DNA of 56,382 nt, counting the filler, from Sphacelaria rigidula (lineage: Eukaryota): NCBI GenBank assembly GCA_964200075.2. It is 5 parts of 5 records of this genome, joined end to end, with 100 filler letters (N's around TTAATTAATTAA, not from the genome) between each part and the next. Parts side by side here need not be neighbours in the genome. Positions count along the whole stretch, not along the records: positions 1 to 11,197 come from CAXNAA020005255.1; positions 11,298 to 22,494 come from CAXNAA020005256.1; 3 more parts are not named here. One strand, 5' to 3'. Positions 1 to 12,794 of this stretch are shown one piece after another. The position numbers and the translations under genes were made by a program. Under the pieces are notes generated by a model. That model had not been told where the DNA came from, did not search any database, and saw only the letters and a list, made by a program, of their open reading frames with translations. The first letter of the stretch is position 1; the number at the start of each line of letters is the position of its first letter.

Positions 1-610
1 GATGACGTGGAAGGGCTGAAGTCGGCCACCCATGCAGCCGCTACGAGAATCTCGACAAAATGGCCACCCAACGGTGGTGTAACTGCGCGAGCTAACGCAA
101 GCTTCACGTTGGGTTGCCATTTCGTCAAGTCCTCATAGCAGCTGCTTGAGCGGCCGACTCCCGCCCTTTCGCCATCATCAAAAGCCAGGTCGACTGGTGT
201 CTCGGCTCCCCCGTTCGCCTCCAAGTGTTCCTCGTAGTTTTGGGTCACCCTTGTGAGCGAGCTGCCATCACCAGTGCTGTCGCGGGCGTTCACGACACCC
301 GCCACCGCCTCACTTATGATATTTGTTCTACGGCTGTGTTCTGTAACCTTGGTCGTTTTGGGGCAGGGTGTCTAGTTCCGTTTCATAGCCCTGAGTTTGG
401 CATCAACGCTTTAGGGTGTCTAGCAACTCGTTTTTTTTTTTAATTGAAAATTAAACCTGAGTTGCTGCGCATGTCTTTTCTCAGGGTTCAGTTTTCGGGG
501 TTTACCTCGGGGAATTCGTCATGTCCTGGCCTTAAATCCCAACTTTCTTAATAATCCCTGAGTTTTTCCTTATCCCTGAGTCCTGATTTGTGTTTCCGAA
601 ACTCTCTCAT

Positions 611-1681
611 GTAGTAGACCATTGGCGCTGCAATAGCCCCGAAAATTTGACTGTCAATGTTCTTTGTCAGTCATACTCGATTGGCATCAATGTCTATCGA
701 TAGCTATTGTAGGCTACAATAGATTCGAGACAAGGGACGGAATGTATCATTGCCGTGACAATAGAGGGGCCAATTTATCTATCGATACATTTCATTTGTT
801 GCAATAGGCTCTGAATTGTGGCCACCAATGTATATTGCCAGTCACAATAGGATCCGCCACGCGGCCACCAATACATATTGGTGGCGACAACATGATCTAA
901 ATTGTACCCACCAATGTCTGTTGAGGGTCACACTATAATCTGAATCGCGGCCACTTATATCTATTGCTGACCACAAAAGTAGCTGAATGGCGTCGATCAC
1001 TAGCGCAATGTACGCACATTTTTCAATGTATGCTTCCACCTTATTCCGCAAAAGCTATGGTTAGCTATCGTCTCAGGCCGATGATTTCGTAAGACCACTG
1101 CAATGAGCAATCTATAATCTATTCAAAATCTATCGTTCGCGTCACTGGCTATTGATAGGTGCTCAATCGATTGCTGACGGCAATGCCCATATTGATATAT
1201 ACTCCAAAAAATACATTGTTGGCGGCAGAGGCTACCGATAGACGGCTCACCAATCTTTTGATTAGGGTATTAGGTATTGATAGATGGCTCACCTAATCTG
1301 TTAGTGACGGCAATGACTATCGATAGATGGCTCAACAAACCCATTGATAACGGCAATGACTCTCAATACATACATCCCGGAATATATTGCGGTACACAAT
1401 GTCCATCGATGGCGAGTGATCTTCATCTATTGTAATCACCATAGGCTATCGATCGACCATTGCAACATCTTTTGTCCCTTGCAGTACATATCAATATATG
1501 TGTTTCACGATCTATCGTGTTGGACAATATATATCGATATATTTTCCCCCGTGTCCATTGCCAAAGCAATGAATCATCATTGTGTCCATTGTCCAGAGCA
1601 TGCAATAGTTGCAATAGACCTATACTTTAGGCAGTACACTTTTCGTCTATTATACATATTATACATATTATCCATGGTGTG
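611..1681. mobile_element. Long CAAT/ATTG-rich derivative of the CACACCC-TIR MITE family (right end only)
   Basis: 1600-1681 matches the right arm of MITEs 7633-7822 and 27787-27960 and ends tccatggtgtg. The interior is dense in caat/attg/atcgat motifs. No left TIR was found. Confidence 0.5.
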
Positions 1682-1734
1682 GAAAAGTTCGAATGTCATC
1701 GAAGAAATGTCGATCCAATGCAAAAAGTTCGTTC

Positions 1735-1882
1735 TCATATTTGAGAATCCCCTGCTGTCTGTGGGCTGCACATTGGGAACAGGCGATGCCTTTGCTTATC
1801 TCGACTGATCGCTCGAATGGCACTACTGGTTACCACCGTTGAAACAGTCCGGTTGAGACACACACACATCTGCATTCATCAT
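1735..1882 (-). pseudogene. Putative terminal exon with a degenerate, frameshifted RING-HC-like motif
   Basis: Acceptor cctcAG at 1883-1884 is phase-1 compatible with exon 2138-2347. The direct frame reads DDECRCVCVSTGLFQRW* (TAA 1830-1832). A 2-nt slip in the (TG)n run gives DDECRCVCLNRTVSTVV...RLFPMCS...QI* (TGA 1735-1737), resembling a C-terminal RING. Confidence 0.4.
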
Positions 1883-2137
1883 CTGAGGTTGAGGTAGACT
1901 CCCCCCCCCTCCCCGTCACGCCATGACGGATGAATTCATGTCACTCGCCCAAGAACCGAACACTAGTCAACGCCCGAACATAACTATCGTAATGATACTT
2001 AGAGAAAGTGTTTGAAAGCCATGCTTGGACTGCGCCTTCCTGTGCAATCATGCCATGCCATGCCATGCCATGCCCCCCCCCCCTTCCCCGACGGCACATC
2101 CCCCGCCCCCCAACCCACTCGGGAAGTCACAACTCAC

Positions 2138-2347
2138 CGGGGATGTCGTCGTCAACGACTATGAGCTCTTCGTAGTCCGAATCTCCGCCAGAGGTTTCAG
2201 ACTCTAGCGACGGCACCTCGGGGTCAGATTCCACGTCCGGAATATCAGGGTCCTCCGCTCCGCCACCGACCTTGCTCTCGGCTTTTCGCGACTTGCCATC
2301 TTCGTCATCATGATTGCCGTCGTCGTCGTCGTCATCGTCATCATCAC
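2138..2347 (-). CDS. Internal exon (Asp/Glu-rich) of an uncharacterised multi-exon gene
   Basis: ttttgcctAG acceptor and GTGAGT donor; phase 1/1. Reads DDDDDDDDDGNHDDEDGKSRK...EELIVVDDDIP and joins exon 3668-3929 in frame. Confidence 0.75.
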
Positions 2348-3667
2348 CTAGGCAAAAGTCGAAAATGTTAGACGAGCAGAAAAAAATGTCCGTTGGTTTT
2401 GGGGGCGCGGGGGGGAGGGAGGGGGGGGGAATACGAACGGGTCGACTAATGTTGTGCACTCTAATATTTGACATGATCAAATTTCTATGCATACATATAC
2501 ATATATGTGGTATATTATACAACAGCCCGAAGACTGTTTTACAAGAACAGAAAGCATTTTTGACAAGAGCAAACAAAAAAAACGAACATAAACGGAAGCA
2601 AAACGCTGTCTAAACCATTCGCGTCAATATCATTCATCAATGCCACCATCAGAACCAATACAATCGTCGTCGCCGGACGACCAAAAAAGGACATATCGAT
2701 GAACCACAGCAACAAAAAAAAAAGAGGAAAAGTTCTATGTCACGAATAGCATCCATCATTATCCACCAAGGAATCATGCGCCATGAGGAATTGGACAGGC
2801 GAACAAAAAAACGCCTCTTTCAGAATCATTTTTTTTGTTTCACAGTGCCGGCCCGCTCATAAGATGTATCTTCGTACGAAATTGAGTCTCAGACTACGGG
2901 TTACTGGTAAATTTTCCGCAAGAAAGTGAAGTCAAAAGATGGGACATGATGATAAATAGAGCAGCAGGAGATCGATCAATATCGTGTAACGAAAGTCCTC
3001 ACGTATCAAGAGAAACAGGCGTAAGAAGCATGAAATAAATTCATGGGCTGGTAGCAAAAAATGACAAAAAAAAGAAGAAACAGAAGCAACTTCTTCGGCA
3101 AGACGTGAGAAATGGTGAAACAAGAATAGACGCTCATATCGGCTGCCGAAGTGAGGTTTCGATCCTAGCTCAAAATCGCTGTTCTTTTTATGAGCGAACC
3201 TGCACTGTACACAAAACTGCACAGAAACGTTTCCCGACCAACCCAATCCAATATACATACTCGTACCACTCTCTCGTTGTTCCGACAATTACATCTTCAT
3301 ACCACGACAACAGCGAACAGACGGATAGCTCATTATTGCGGACGGAGGCCCAGCAATACCCAAGCGTGTGTTTCGGTACGGCACCGTACAGTTAGTCCTC
3401 GGACAACACGAGATTAAATGCAGGCTCGGGGCATGGGGTGCGCTGAAGGTAACAGCTAAGCGACCTTCAGCCCGACCAACAACGGCCTCAAAGGCCGACG
3501 AACCACGAGAGACCCTACCACCCCGCCTCGCCCAAGTATTACACCGTCGACCACCACGACAAACGTGCGCCTGTACAGCGCGGCTGGTTCTTCATATGAT
3601 AAATGACCAAACTTTGTATCTCACCAGAAACACCGGTCATGTGACCGCATTGCACTGTTTTACTCAC

Positions 3668-3929
3668 TACCCGTCGCGTTGCCGAATATATCACTCATTC
3701 CGAAGCTGAACATCGGTCCCCCACAGCCACCACTCCCAAAGCTGAACGGGGGGGGTCCTCTGCCGGCCGCCGCCGCCGCTCCCGCCGCTGCCCCCGCGGC
3801 CGCCACTGCTGCCGCCGAGGAGGGCGCGAATGGACCGTCGTCCCCGCCCATGAAGTTGAACATTTCGGAGCCTATAGCGTCGAACATGGCGGACGCCATG
3901 GCCTTTCCGGCGGGTTGGTCCATCAGCTC
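3668..3929 (-). CDS. Internal exon (Ala/Gly/Phe-rich) of the same gene
   Basis: catcAG acceptor and GTGAGT donor; phase 0/1. Reads ELMDQPAGKAMASAMFDAIGSEMFNF...IFGNATG. Confidence 0.75.
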
Positions 3930-4452
3930 CTGATGATGGATGATAATTCGGTCATGGTTTCACGGTAGGAAGGTTGTAAGTCGAGGACAGTTCACCACTT
4001 GGTCGTACAATAAGTTGTTCATGGGAAAATATGTTGATCTCGAACTAACGCTACCGTTAACCCTCACCCTCGGGCGAGGAGGGGGGGGGCGTACTCATTT
4101 GTTGCCGGCCTTAGTCGGCCCGAGGGAGTGGAAAGTTTTCCCCAGGCAAAGTGTAGCGTTGGTAGATCTCAAATCGGCACCGCAGGCACCGGTTTAGACG
4201 AAAACGCGTTCTGCGCACGCCAGGAGCACTTGGGCTGTCAGCCCCTACCAAAGATCACGATATTGGTATTCACAGTCATTTCAAGTTGCATGATTCCGTG
4301 GAAAGTTCCATGCGGCCAAGTGGTGACCTCTACTGAGCAAGTCTGAGCTTCGAGCTTCGAGCTGTTCGATTGACCTTGACATTTCGGAAGTCACTCATTA
4401 CAGTGATATAAAAAGGATGATCATGATACTGATGATACTTGTAGTTGAAAGA

Positions 4453-4453
<1 letters not shown>

Positions 4454-4502
<49 letters not shown>
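4454..4502. repeat. (GTA)n microsatellite
   Basis: Directly visible. Confidence 0.95.
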
Positions 4503-6463
4503 ATAGGATGGTAATACAAAAATTATGATACTGAGGACACTATGCTCCCTTACACCGCGGGCGTTGCCTGTCCCCAAGTTGTAGGTTATGGGTTCGTGAA
4601 CGTGGTGTACAGCACATACAGGCTGACAATCACGGAGAGTATCTCCTTGAAAGACAAACAGTAAGCCAGCTGTCGACCGTGACAAATGACTTCATGGGCA
4701 AATGTCTGGGAGACCACTATTGACACAAAAGAACCCTAGTGCGGTGCAGCCAAGCGCGCCCAAGCGTTTTACAATCGGTACAATATTTGAAATCGATGGC
4801 GTCGGGAAAAAGAGGCCACATTCAAATTTGCAATCATTATCTCCTTTTCTCGAGAAGAATCTGACTGCCGTCGTTGAAAAATATGGGGGCGTCAGTGTTA
4901 TAGCGAAGGGGAACGCTTGCAGTACTTCGCGAGAGTCGACGCGGTGCAGAAGTAAGTGCTGATGGTCATGATCCAATCCGCGAAACCAAAGGCGAGTTGA
5001 TCCCCGGACACTACGGGCACGGACTCGTTCCGAGGAATGGGAGGGGTTAAGGTTGGAAGGCCGGGTGACGATTCGTTTGAATTTTACTTGCTTTTAGTGT
5101 AATTGAATAGTACGGTACGAATCAATCCTTGGGCGTTGTTTCCAGCGTTACACCCCAGGTACGCGAATCAGAGACACATGGGAAAGAGCAAAAATTCCCG
5201 TAGAGATTTTGTCTTGACCCGCGCTCAACGTTCTTCCCTCGTTCGAGTAACGAAGCCGCGAAAACCGAAGGTGTGATGATTGGAACCAGCAATGATTCGT
5301 CCGACCCTTCTAGGGTTGGCAGTGCGACAAGAGGAAAAAAATATACAAGAGGCGAACCGTTTGCGAAGTGTCGTGTCCGCTGCTTCTGCAGTGCAGCGGC
5401 TGTAAAGTTCGATTCGGCGACCTATGTTTTGCAGTTGAACTGAAAAAAACGGCCAGAGAAGTCGAAATCCTGGAAAAGATATTGAAGACAACAAGATGAA
5501 AAGACGATCCCATGCAGCGTCTAGGCGTGTCAAGGTCGAAAATCGTGTCCCGGATCAAGACGCAGACAGAGTATCACGAAGAGGGCAAAAGTCGGGTGCC
5601 GGTTCGCTCCGACGCGTGCAATAACTAAATTTCATTCGGAGGAGGCGACAAGAAGAAGCACACGATGGAAGGGTGCAGTGAGCATCACTCAGCTCACTGT
5701 GAGCAACCGCAAAAGGTGCGAGAGATGTGCAGGAGGTTTCAACACAGTGATTGATGTTTCATGAAGCAGGGGGGGAGGAAACAAAAAGGCTCTGCGGTCG
5801 TTATTAACGGGGCTGTTTTCCCCCAGAGTTTTCGAAATACCGCGGTATCGTACGTGTCGTATGTATGGGTTTTGAAAATACCCGATTGAGCGGGTATGGT
5901 GGGTATTGGCATCCCGAAACACCGTGGTATCGTGGGCATCGTAGGTTCGGCATCTGAAAATACCCGATTGGACCGGTATCGGTAGGGTGTGAGATGTCCC
6001 AAATACCGGTATCGGGTACCTACCTTACCTACGGTGTATGTGCAGATTTCTCAACCAGGTCAAGGAATACATCAGTTCAAAACTGACAACTCACATTACT
6101 CGGAAAACCTGGCATTGAATTTCTTCAGCATATACTTCTTCTTCTTGACATGTCGGAAAAATATTCCGAGAAAGTCGAACAAGTCTAGAAAAAAAATGTT
6201 CCGTTAATAGTGAACCTCAGATGACAAAAAAACTAAAAAAGTATGACAAGTTACCTTCGGGGTCTACATCCGCTTCTACTCATGGGTGTATGGGGTTGGC
6301 CTTGCTCCCGTCTCGCCACCTGGCTGTTCAACTTCATTGCGTCATATTGACCGTGGCTCTGAAGAAAGAAGAGCGTACAGGACATGCACGTGTCTCTCTC
6401 ACCATTTCCATCCACGTTGGGGGTGCACAGCTTTGAGCCCACCGCAATCGACAACAAGCTAGA

Positions 6464-6692
6464 TTAACCCTCTTGAAACCCATTTATGATTTTTTTTTTC
6501 GTGTATCGGCATCGTTTTCAGTCATGTTCAAGTCAGAATGATGCCGACAGACAAAAACAAAAATCGTCAACGGGTTCCCAAAGGGTTAACCCCTTGACCG
6601 CGAGGGTAGGTCGCCTGTTGAATCGGCGTCAATTTCACTTGGAAAAAGTATGGATGATCCAGGCGGACTACTCTCGCGGTCTTAAGTGTTGA
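6464..6692. mobile_element. Two abutting piggyBac-type MITEs (family A 6464-6589, family B 6586-6692) sharing one TTAA
   Basis: TTAA-CCCTCTTG...CCAAAGGG-TTAA, then CCCCTTGACCGCGAG...CTCGCGGTCTTAAGTG-TTGA. Both carry the internal ATCGGCRTC motif. Confidence 0.8.
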
Positions 6693-7259
6693 GGCGAACA
6701 CGGAATCTGATGTTTGTGCAAGCGGGATAATTTCAGAGGTTCGTTCCAGTGTCCGATGCAAAAGGCGGAACGCGGACTGTGGTTCCAGGATGGCAAGGAC
6801 TGCTGATCAAAGTAGTCAAGAATTCGATCAGGTGGCAGCGCGATGTATGGATTCAACGGATAGCCTCGTACTGAAGTGACCCGCGACGAATCCCGCCGTG
6901 GTCACACGAAAAAATGATCCCACGACATGCGATGGAAGTCTCGAAATACTAGAGTGATCGGCGACGAACGCAGTCATGATCACAGGACAGAGACAGTTGA
7001 AATCCACATATAGTAGGAAATACTATCAGAAAAAGTAAACTTGAGTAGCAAAAGCAACGGTCGGGGGGGGGGAAGTGTTGGGACACAGCACGACACGACA
7101 GAAACGTTGGAAAACGATAATCAGGAGAAGGAAAACACTTGAAAGAAAAAAAATGCCACAATAGAAACGTAAACAGAACAGTACACACTTCAGCTGTCCC
7201 CTACGCACACCATAACGCTTAACCGTTGTGCATTGCACTCGATCTATAACGTAACTAAC

Positions 7260-7397
7260 CTTCATATTTTTAGCCGAGCAGGTATGGCAAGTCGGGTCGC
7301 CGCATCCGATTTCAGATCCGCTCGTCGCCCCTGCCCTGCCCATTCCGCCAGCAGCGCCCCTGCGTCCTCTGCCGCTGGATTCATCTCCGCTGGAATC
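7260..7397 (-). CDS. Upstream exon of the same gene (Gly/Ser-rich, CGDPTCHTC motif)
   Basis: tgacAG acceptor and GTTAGT donor; 138 nt, phase 0/0. Reads DSSGDESSGRGRRG...GCGDPTCHTCSAKNMK, in frame with ELMDQ. Confidence 0.65.
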
Positions 7398-7632
7398 CTG
7401 TCATTTCATTTCATGTATTATTCGCGCTTTAGAGGTTGAATTGAGGGCGCGCCTCATGAAAAAAACATGGCCTATCGAAAACGACTGAAACACGCGAAAA
7501 AGTCGGACCCGATAAGTCCGCGACATCAATGTTCTCAATTGCTTCCACCTTTTAGTTTCCTAAACTCTGCGCCTTCCACCTACTACAGCATCGGAAACAG
7601 GTGCAAAACGATTGTTATTTTTAGTTTTTTTC

Positions 7633-7822
7633 CACACCCTGGACAATATATGGTCGATAGATGAAATATACAAAATATAATGGGTAAAGTATACGCCTAT
7701 GGCGACCATTGCCGATGGTCCATAGATGCAATGAACAAACATACTGGGTTGCAATATGCCTTTACTTTACCCAGTATATTTTTGTCTACTGCATCTGTTG
7801 ACCATATATTGTCCAGGGTGGG
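7633..7822. mobile_element. MITE with CACACCCTGGACAATATATGGTC TIR and 8-bp TSD
   Basis: Long imperfect inverted arms; flanks tttttttc / attttttc (7 of 8 match). Confidence 0.85.
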
Positions 7823-7868
7823 ATTTTTTCCAAGCGAGAACGCGGCGCATAAAATTCGGCCATACCCA

Positions 7869-9087
7869 CGAGCTGGGTCAGCCGAGAAGCGATTCAGTAG
7901 TTTGCAGGCCCATTATACGGCCAATATTTAGACTTGGATCCTGAAATTAGGTATTGTATGGACATGAATAGGGCATAATAAAAAAATTACCCGTTCACAC
8001 AAGTTTTTTTTTTTTTTCCCCCATGAATTAGAGGCATTACACCGATATCTGAAAACTGAGTATTGCCCTTAACTCATGAAGACAAAAAAACCCTTTGTGT
8101 GCACTGGTAATTCTTTATATTAGGCCTTATTCATTGTCCATACCAAATTTCAGGGTCCAACTCTACGAGTATTGGCCGTATAATGGGCCGTTTAGTGACG
8201 GGGTCAGAAGAAATTCGAAACACTATTTTGCAGGCCACTTACCGGCCCACGTTTAGTGTTCGTGTATTGAAACTTTGTGTGGGCCATGGCTAGGGCATGA
8301 GTGACGAAACAGAGTGGGTCAGGTTGATTTGTTCTTATTTCTCACTGGTTTAGGGCGTTTTCGTAGAGAAACGACCATTTTGTTACCAGAACGCCCGAAC
8401 CTCTCCCAAACGAAAAAAAAATGAGGGCCCATTTTTTTTTTAATTCATCATACCTCTGTGGTTTTTTATCTTAAGTTTCAAACTACAATTCCAAAAATTG
8501 AGCTAAAAAATTGAGGTAAGGCCCAAAAGCAGTGTTCATTTCTCCTCAAAACTGCCCCAAAAACCCGAAAGAACTGAAAAAAAACGAAAAAATTGAAAAG
8601 AACATGTGTTTATAAGCTTTATTATGCGCTAGCGGTTCTCCGTACGAAATTTTATAGCATAACTCCAAAAACTGAGACGCGATATCCAGCTTTAGATAAT
8701 TTAGCACATCTGTTCGTAATATACTGATTTTAGTATAGAAACTTATGTGCGCCGTATCCCGAGATAGATTACGAATTAGGTGAAGGTGAGGATATTTATC
8801 GTCTCCCCGTGCTCCAGGGAATATCCACACCAAAAATCGTCATCCGCTGAATGCATCGATCGGGGGTTTCATACAGATTTTACTATGGATGCTATCTCCG
8901 TTAGGTATAGGAATTACTAGACATGGGGTTTAATCGACGAAAAAATATGGGCCCAGAATTTTGAGCAGATGGGCACCTTCCCCTTGGTCAGACGATTAGT
9001 TCTGTATGCGGATCATGTCCAAACTCGTCCGTGTCGACGAAATATTGCTCTGAGAGCTTAAATCCGTGTCTAGGCTGGCCCAGCTCG
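7869..9087. mobile_element. Non-autonomous Tc1/mariner-like element with an internal foldback (about 7907-8189)
   Basis: TIRs CGAGCTGGGTCAGCC / GGCTGGCCCAGCTCG, with TA on the right and CA on the left. The same TIR is TA-flanked at 50530-51120. Confidence 0.65.
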
Positions 9088-10193
9088 TACAATCATATGA
9101 AAATCCAACCAGCTGTGATTATGCCACAGGTGAAAACGTGTGCTTGACATTTCAACGCATCCCGCGCTACCCACACTCACGCTCGACGTCTGACACCCCA
9201 CAGAGGCGGGCAAAGCCCAGCGCAGCACAACAAGGCACTCCTTCATTTTATCAGTGGGATTGGTGGGATGTTGGGCGTGCAGCAGCCAATCTGCGCCGGC
9301 GTTTGAAGCATTATAATATACTCGCAGAAAAAGTTGGATTAAAGTGACGCATGTGTCAAAGGCAATGCTGCTCCAGTCCGTGATCGACCTACACAAAAAC
9401 CAAGTATGAAATCAGATCTTTTTGCCGACTGCGAACCACGGCCTGAGCTATCCGGTGCTGCGCCTGGCGCAGTGTACGCGTATTTCGTGATCACCGCATG
9501 GACAACTTTGATTCATGTGTGTAGCTAACAGTCACGGCCCTTCCTCGTTGTGCATCGACGAATTCGCTCTGACCCAAAACCACGCGAAACGGACGAAATT
9601 GCACTAATATACGGACACGTCAATTCAGTTCAATTCCACCACCATTTTTTTCTTGGCCGTTTTTTTATCTTTACTTCCGAAGATACATACGCCTTGATAA
9701 CAGCGATGGATTTATGATCGCATATTGTTTGATACGTCAGGAATCCAGTAGCCACGCGGCCCAAAAGAGGTAAGCCGCACCCAAGGTACAACAACCGGAA
9801 ACAATCCGTACGAGAGAAAAATTGTAAAAAATAGCACAAGGGAAAAATGAATGGGAGACAAGGGGAGAGCCGGCATGATAAACTGAGACAAGGCAGACCC
9901 CACGCTAGGAAGTAGTCTCAGTGTCGAGTAAGGAACCCACAGGTCAGGGAGGGGGTGTGCTCATCATCATGCATGCTATGGTCATCAGACCATTGACCTC
10001 CCATCCCTACAAAGTCGGGACAGAGCACGCCGGGTGTTCGCCGGACCAGGCTTGGGGGGGGGGGGGGGGGGGGGGTTCTTTCTTTGTCACCAGGAGATGG
10101 GAGGAGCAATCCTCGTTTGTCGCAATAACTGTCGCAATTTTATTCCACCACACCNNNNNNNNNNCAGCCGGGTAGGCGCCGAGCGCGGGGCGG

Positions 10194-10230
<37 letters not shown>

Positions 10231-10624
10231 CGTGGGGGGGGGGGGATGCTTTACTTCACACGAGGACATGGAGAGAGAATTCATTAGTTCAATGCACATC
10301 TTACTGGCATATCTGCACACACGACCTCACGTTACTTTCTTGCACAAACTCTACCGTGACTTCACCAATATTTCTATCCACGAGACCATGATTTGAACCG
10401 TGCTTGGTTGTCACTACTTTTATACTTAAACCTCATCATGTAAATAATTAGGCAGGGGCGAGTAGGGTCGCGCTAGGCAGCAAGGGTACATGTTGAGATA
10501 CAGGGCTGTCCATCTCCATCTATAGGTATGCAGAGGTATGCAGCTGTGGCATCACGGTGGTCGTATTGGTAGGTGCATCAACACTGGTCTCTCGGGCGTC
10601 CTTCGTTGGCTCGAGTTTTGAAGG

Positions 10625-11100
10625 TACGAGAACTACTTGGGAACTAGACAAAAGTGGGTATACCCTCTGTATCTCGTCGACACGGACGAGTTGGGACATG
10701 ATCCGCATATTGCATTGATCGTCCAACCAAGGGGAAGGTGCCTCTCTGCTCAACAGTACAGGCCCATATTTTCTCGTCGATTAAACTTCAAGTCTAGTAA
10801 TTCCTATACCTAACGGAGATAGCGTTCATACTAAAGTCTCTATGAAAACCCCATCGATGCATCCAGCGAATGGCAACGATTTTTGGTGTGGATCTTTCCT
10901 GCAGCACGAGGGGACGATAGATACCCTCACCTTCACATAATTCGTTATCTATCTCGAGATATGGCGCACATAATTTTTACCTAGAAAAAACAGCTTTTGC
11001 GATATTTTCGTTCTTTTTCATTTTTTTTCGGATTTTTGGGGCAGTTTTGAGGAGAAATGAAAACTGCTCTTGGGCCTCATCTCAATTATTTAACTCAATT
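10625..11100 (-). mobile_element. Diverged, inverted partial copy of the right part of element 7869-9087
   Basis: Reverse complement of about 8493-9089 (e.g. cgtcgacacggacgag, ctagtaattcctatacctaacggagatagc, ggggcagttttgaggagaaatgaa); begins TACGAG. Confidence 0.8.
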
Positions 11101-11197
11101 TTAACCCTTTGGGAACTAGACCCCCAGGGAGTGCTGATTCTTGTTTTGGTGAATCGGCATCATTTTCAGTCATTATCAAGTCAATATGATGCCGATT
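11101..11197. mobile_element. piggyBac-type MITE, family A, truncated by the linker
   Basis: TTAA-CCCTTTGGGAAC start and internal gaatcggcatcattttcagtca...gatgccgatt hairpin, like 6464-6589. Confidence 0.65.
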
Positions 11198-11297
11198 NNN
11201 NNNNNNNNNNNNNNNNNNNNNNNNNNNNNNNNNNNNNNNNNTTAATTAATTAANNNNNNNNNNNNNNNNNNNNNNNNNNNNNNNNNNNNNNNNNNNN
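11198..11297. other. Artificial linker (44N-TTAATTAATTAA-44N)
   Basis: Six-frame stop spacer; identical copies recur at an 11296-11297 nt period. Confidence 0.97.
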
Positions 11298-11557
11298 ATG
11301 GGGCATAATAAAAAATCGTGAAGAAGCACATCGAGTTTTTTTTTTTTTCTTTAGTTAAGGGCAATAATCAGTTTTCAGGTTTCAGCAAAACGCCCTTATC
11401 TCACGGAAAAAAAAACAGAAACCTCGATGTGCTTCTTCACGATTTTTTATTACGCCCCGTGCATTATCCATACCAAATTTCAGGGTCTAACTCCAAATAT
11501 TGCCCGGCGCATTCGCCTGCAAACGTTCATGCAGCCTCTAAGCTGACCCAGCTCCTA
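11298..11557 (-). mobile_element. Left end and foldback of another copy of the Tc1/mariner-like family
   Basis: Foldback homologous to 7907-8189; ends gctgacccagctcc-TA. Confidence 0.7.
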
Positions 11558-12794
11558 GTGTAAAAGATTGTTCCGAAAAATATAACTTTTTATTTGGATC
11601 AAGTATGGAAAAACCGGACACAAATGTACTAATTTTGTATCAAGCGGAGAGACATTTAATGATGAATTTGACGATTGGTGATGATTGCCTCGATTCATTC
11701 AAGAATGGCGATTCTTATGGAAAATGAAAAAATATACATAACACGATTTATTGTTACCGAAATGAATGAGGCGTTCATGGTACGAAAAGCACAAAATGTT
11801 GCAAAAAAACCCGATCATGATTAGTTAATTAAATCAATGAACCCTACTTGATTACCATGAAATATAAAACATCTACAAAAATAAAATAAAATACCGTGTC
11901 GAGCGCGAAATACCTTCTTCTCATGCATTTGGATATGGCGTCGTCAAGGATCCAACCAACAACGCAACACCCCCCGACCTTTGAAGCTGTGTGCGAGAGT
12001 ACACAAAATGTGTTGAACAAAAAAAGTGGTTGATAAAATCAGACAATCAACCCTACATGACCATAATCGGCAATCAAATCAACCATTACCTTTCCCCGCC
12101 TAAAATAATCAATCGAATTAAAAGCGTTTTAAGGTTCATGTACTGGCAGTTGTACAACCCTAGTCCCGGGTGTTCCTGCACTGGTAAAACTGTTCCGAGA
12201 CGATGATCGAAGTCGAAGGATGAAGACTTGCACAGGCCAAAAACGCGCGCAATATTCGTTGATGCGTCGTGACCCGGAGCACCGCCTTACTGCAGATGCC
12301 AGTGTAATGTATATTATTTCACTGTACTGCACTGTAGGAGGCGAGGTGGGGGTGGCGGCAAAGTAAACAGCAAAACTCGCCATATTCTTGGCAGGGGTTC
12401 GTGAACACCCGCCTGTTTTTTTCGCGGGGTCGGCAATAAGACGGGTGATGATGTGATGATGTGATGATACCCAACATCAAAACCCGCCTTTGGGGGGAAA
12501 CGTTGTCGCGGTGAAAGGCTTACTCAGGCCTACCGCTTTCTGTAAAGCTGCATTTGGATTGTTTGGTGTGCGTCTGTGCATGTAAACGCAATCTAGTCAG
12601 CAGCAAAAACCGAAAACAGAGCTTGCGAGCGCATAAGCAGCAGTACATATAGTAGACGTGATGCAGCACTTCACGCTTTGTTTCTCGGGTCAAGAATGGT
12701 GGGTGCAGCCACTCCCGAAATACAGGAATCGGATCGATTTCTCGGAGCACTTGGCAACATATACACACGGGCCAAGCTTAACATTTGCTTTCAC

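Noticed and set aside
6255..6319. Extra exon for the piece-1 gene
   Set aside because: Splice-like ends are present, but its length would break the phase-0 join between the flanking exons.
8945..8956. Copia-like primer-binding site (tatgggcccag)
   Set aside because: No LTR pair or gag/pol nearby; it lies inside the mariner-like element.
11242..11253. TTAATTAATTAA as a piggyBac target or regulatory site
   Set aside because: Synthetic six-frame stop inside N padding.
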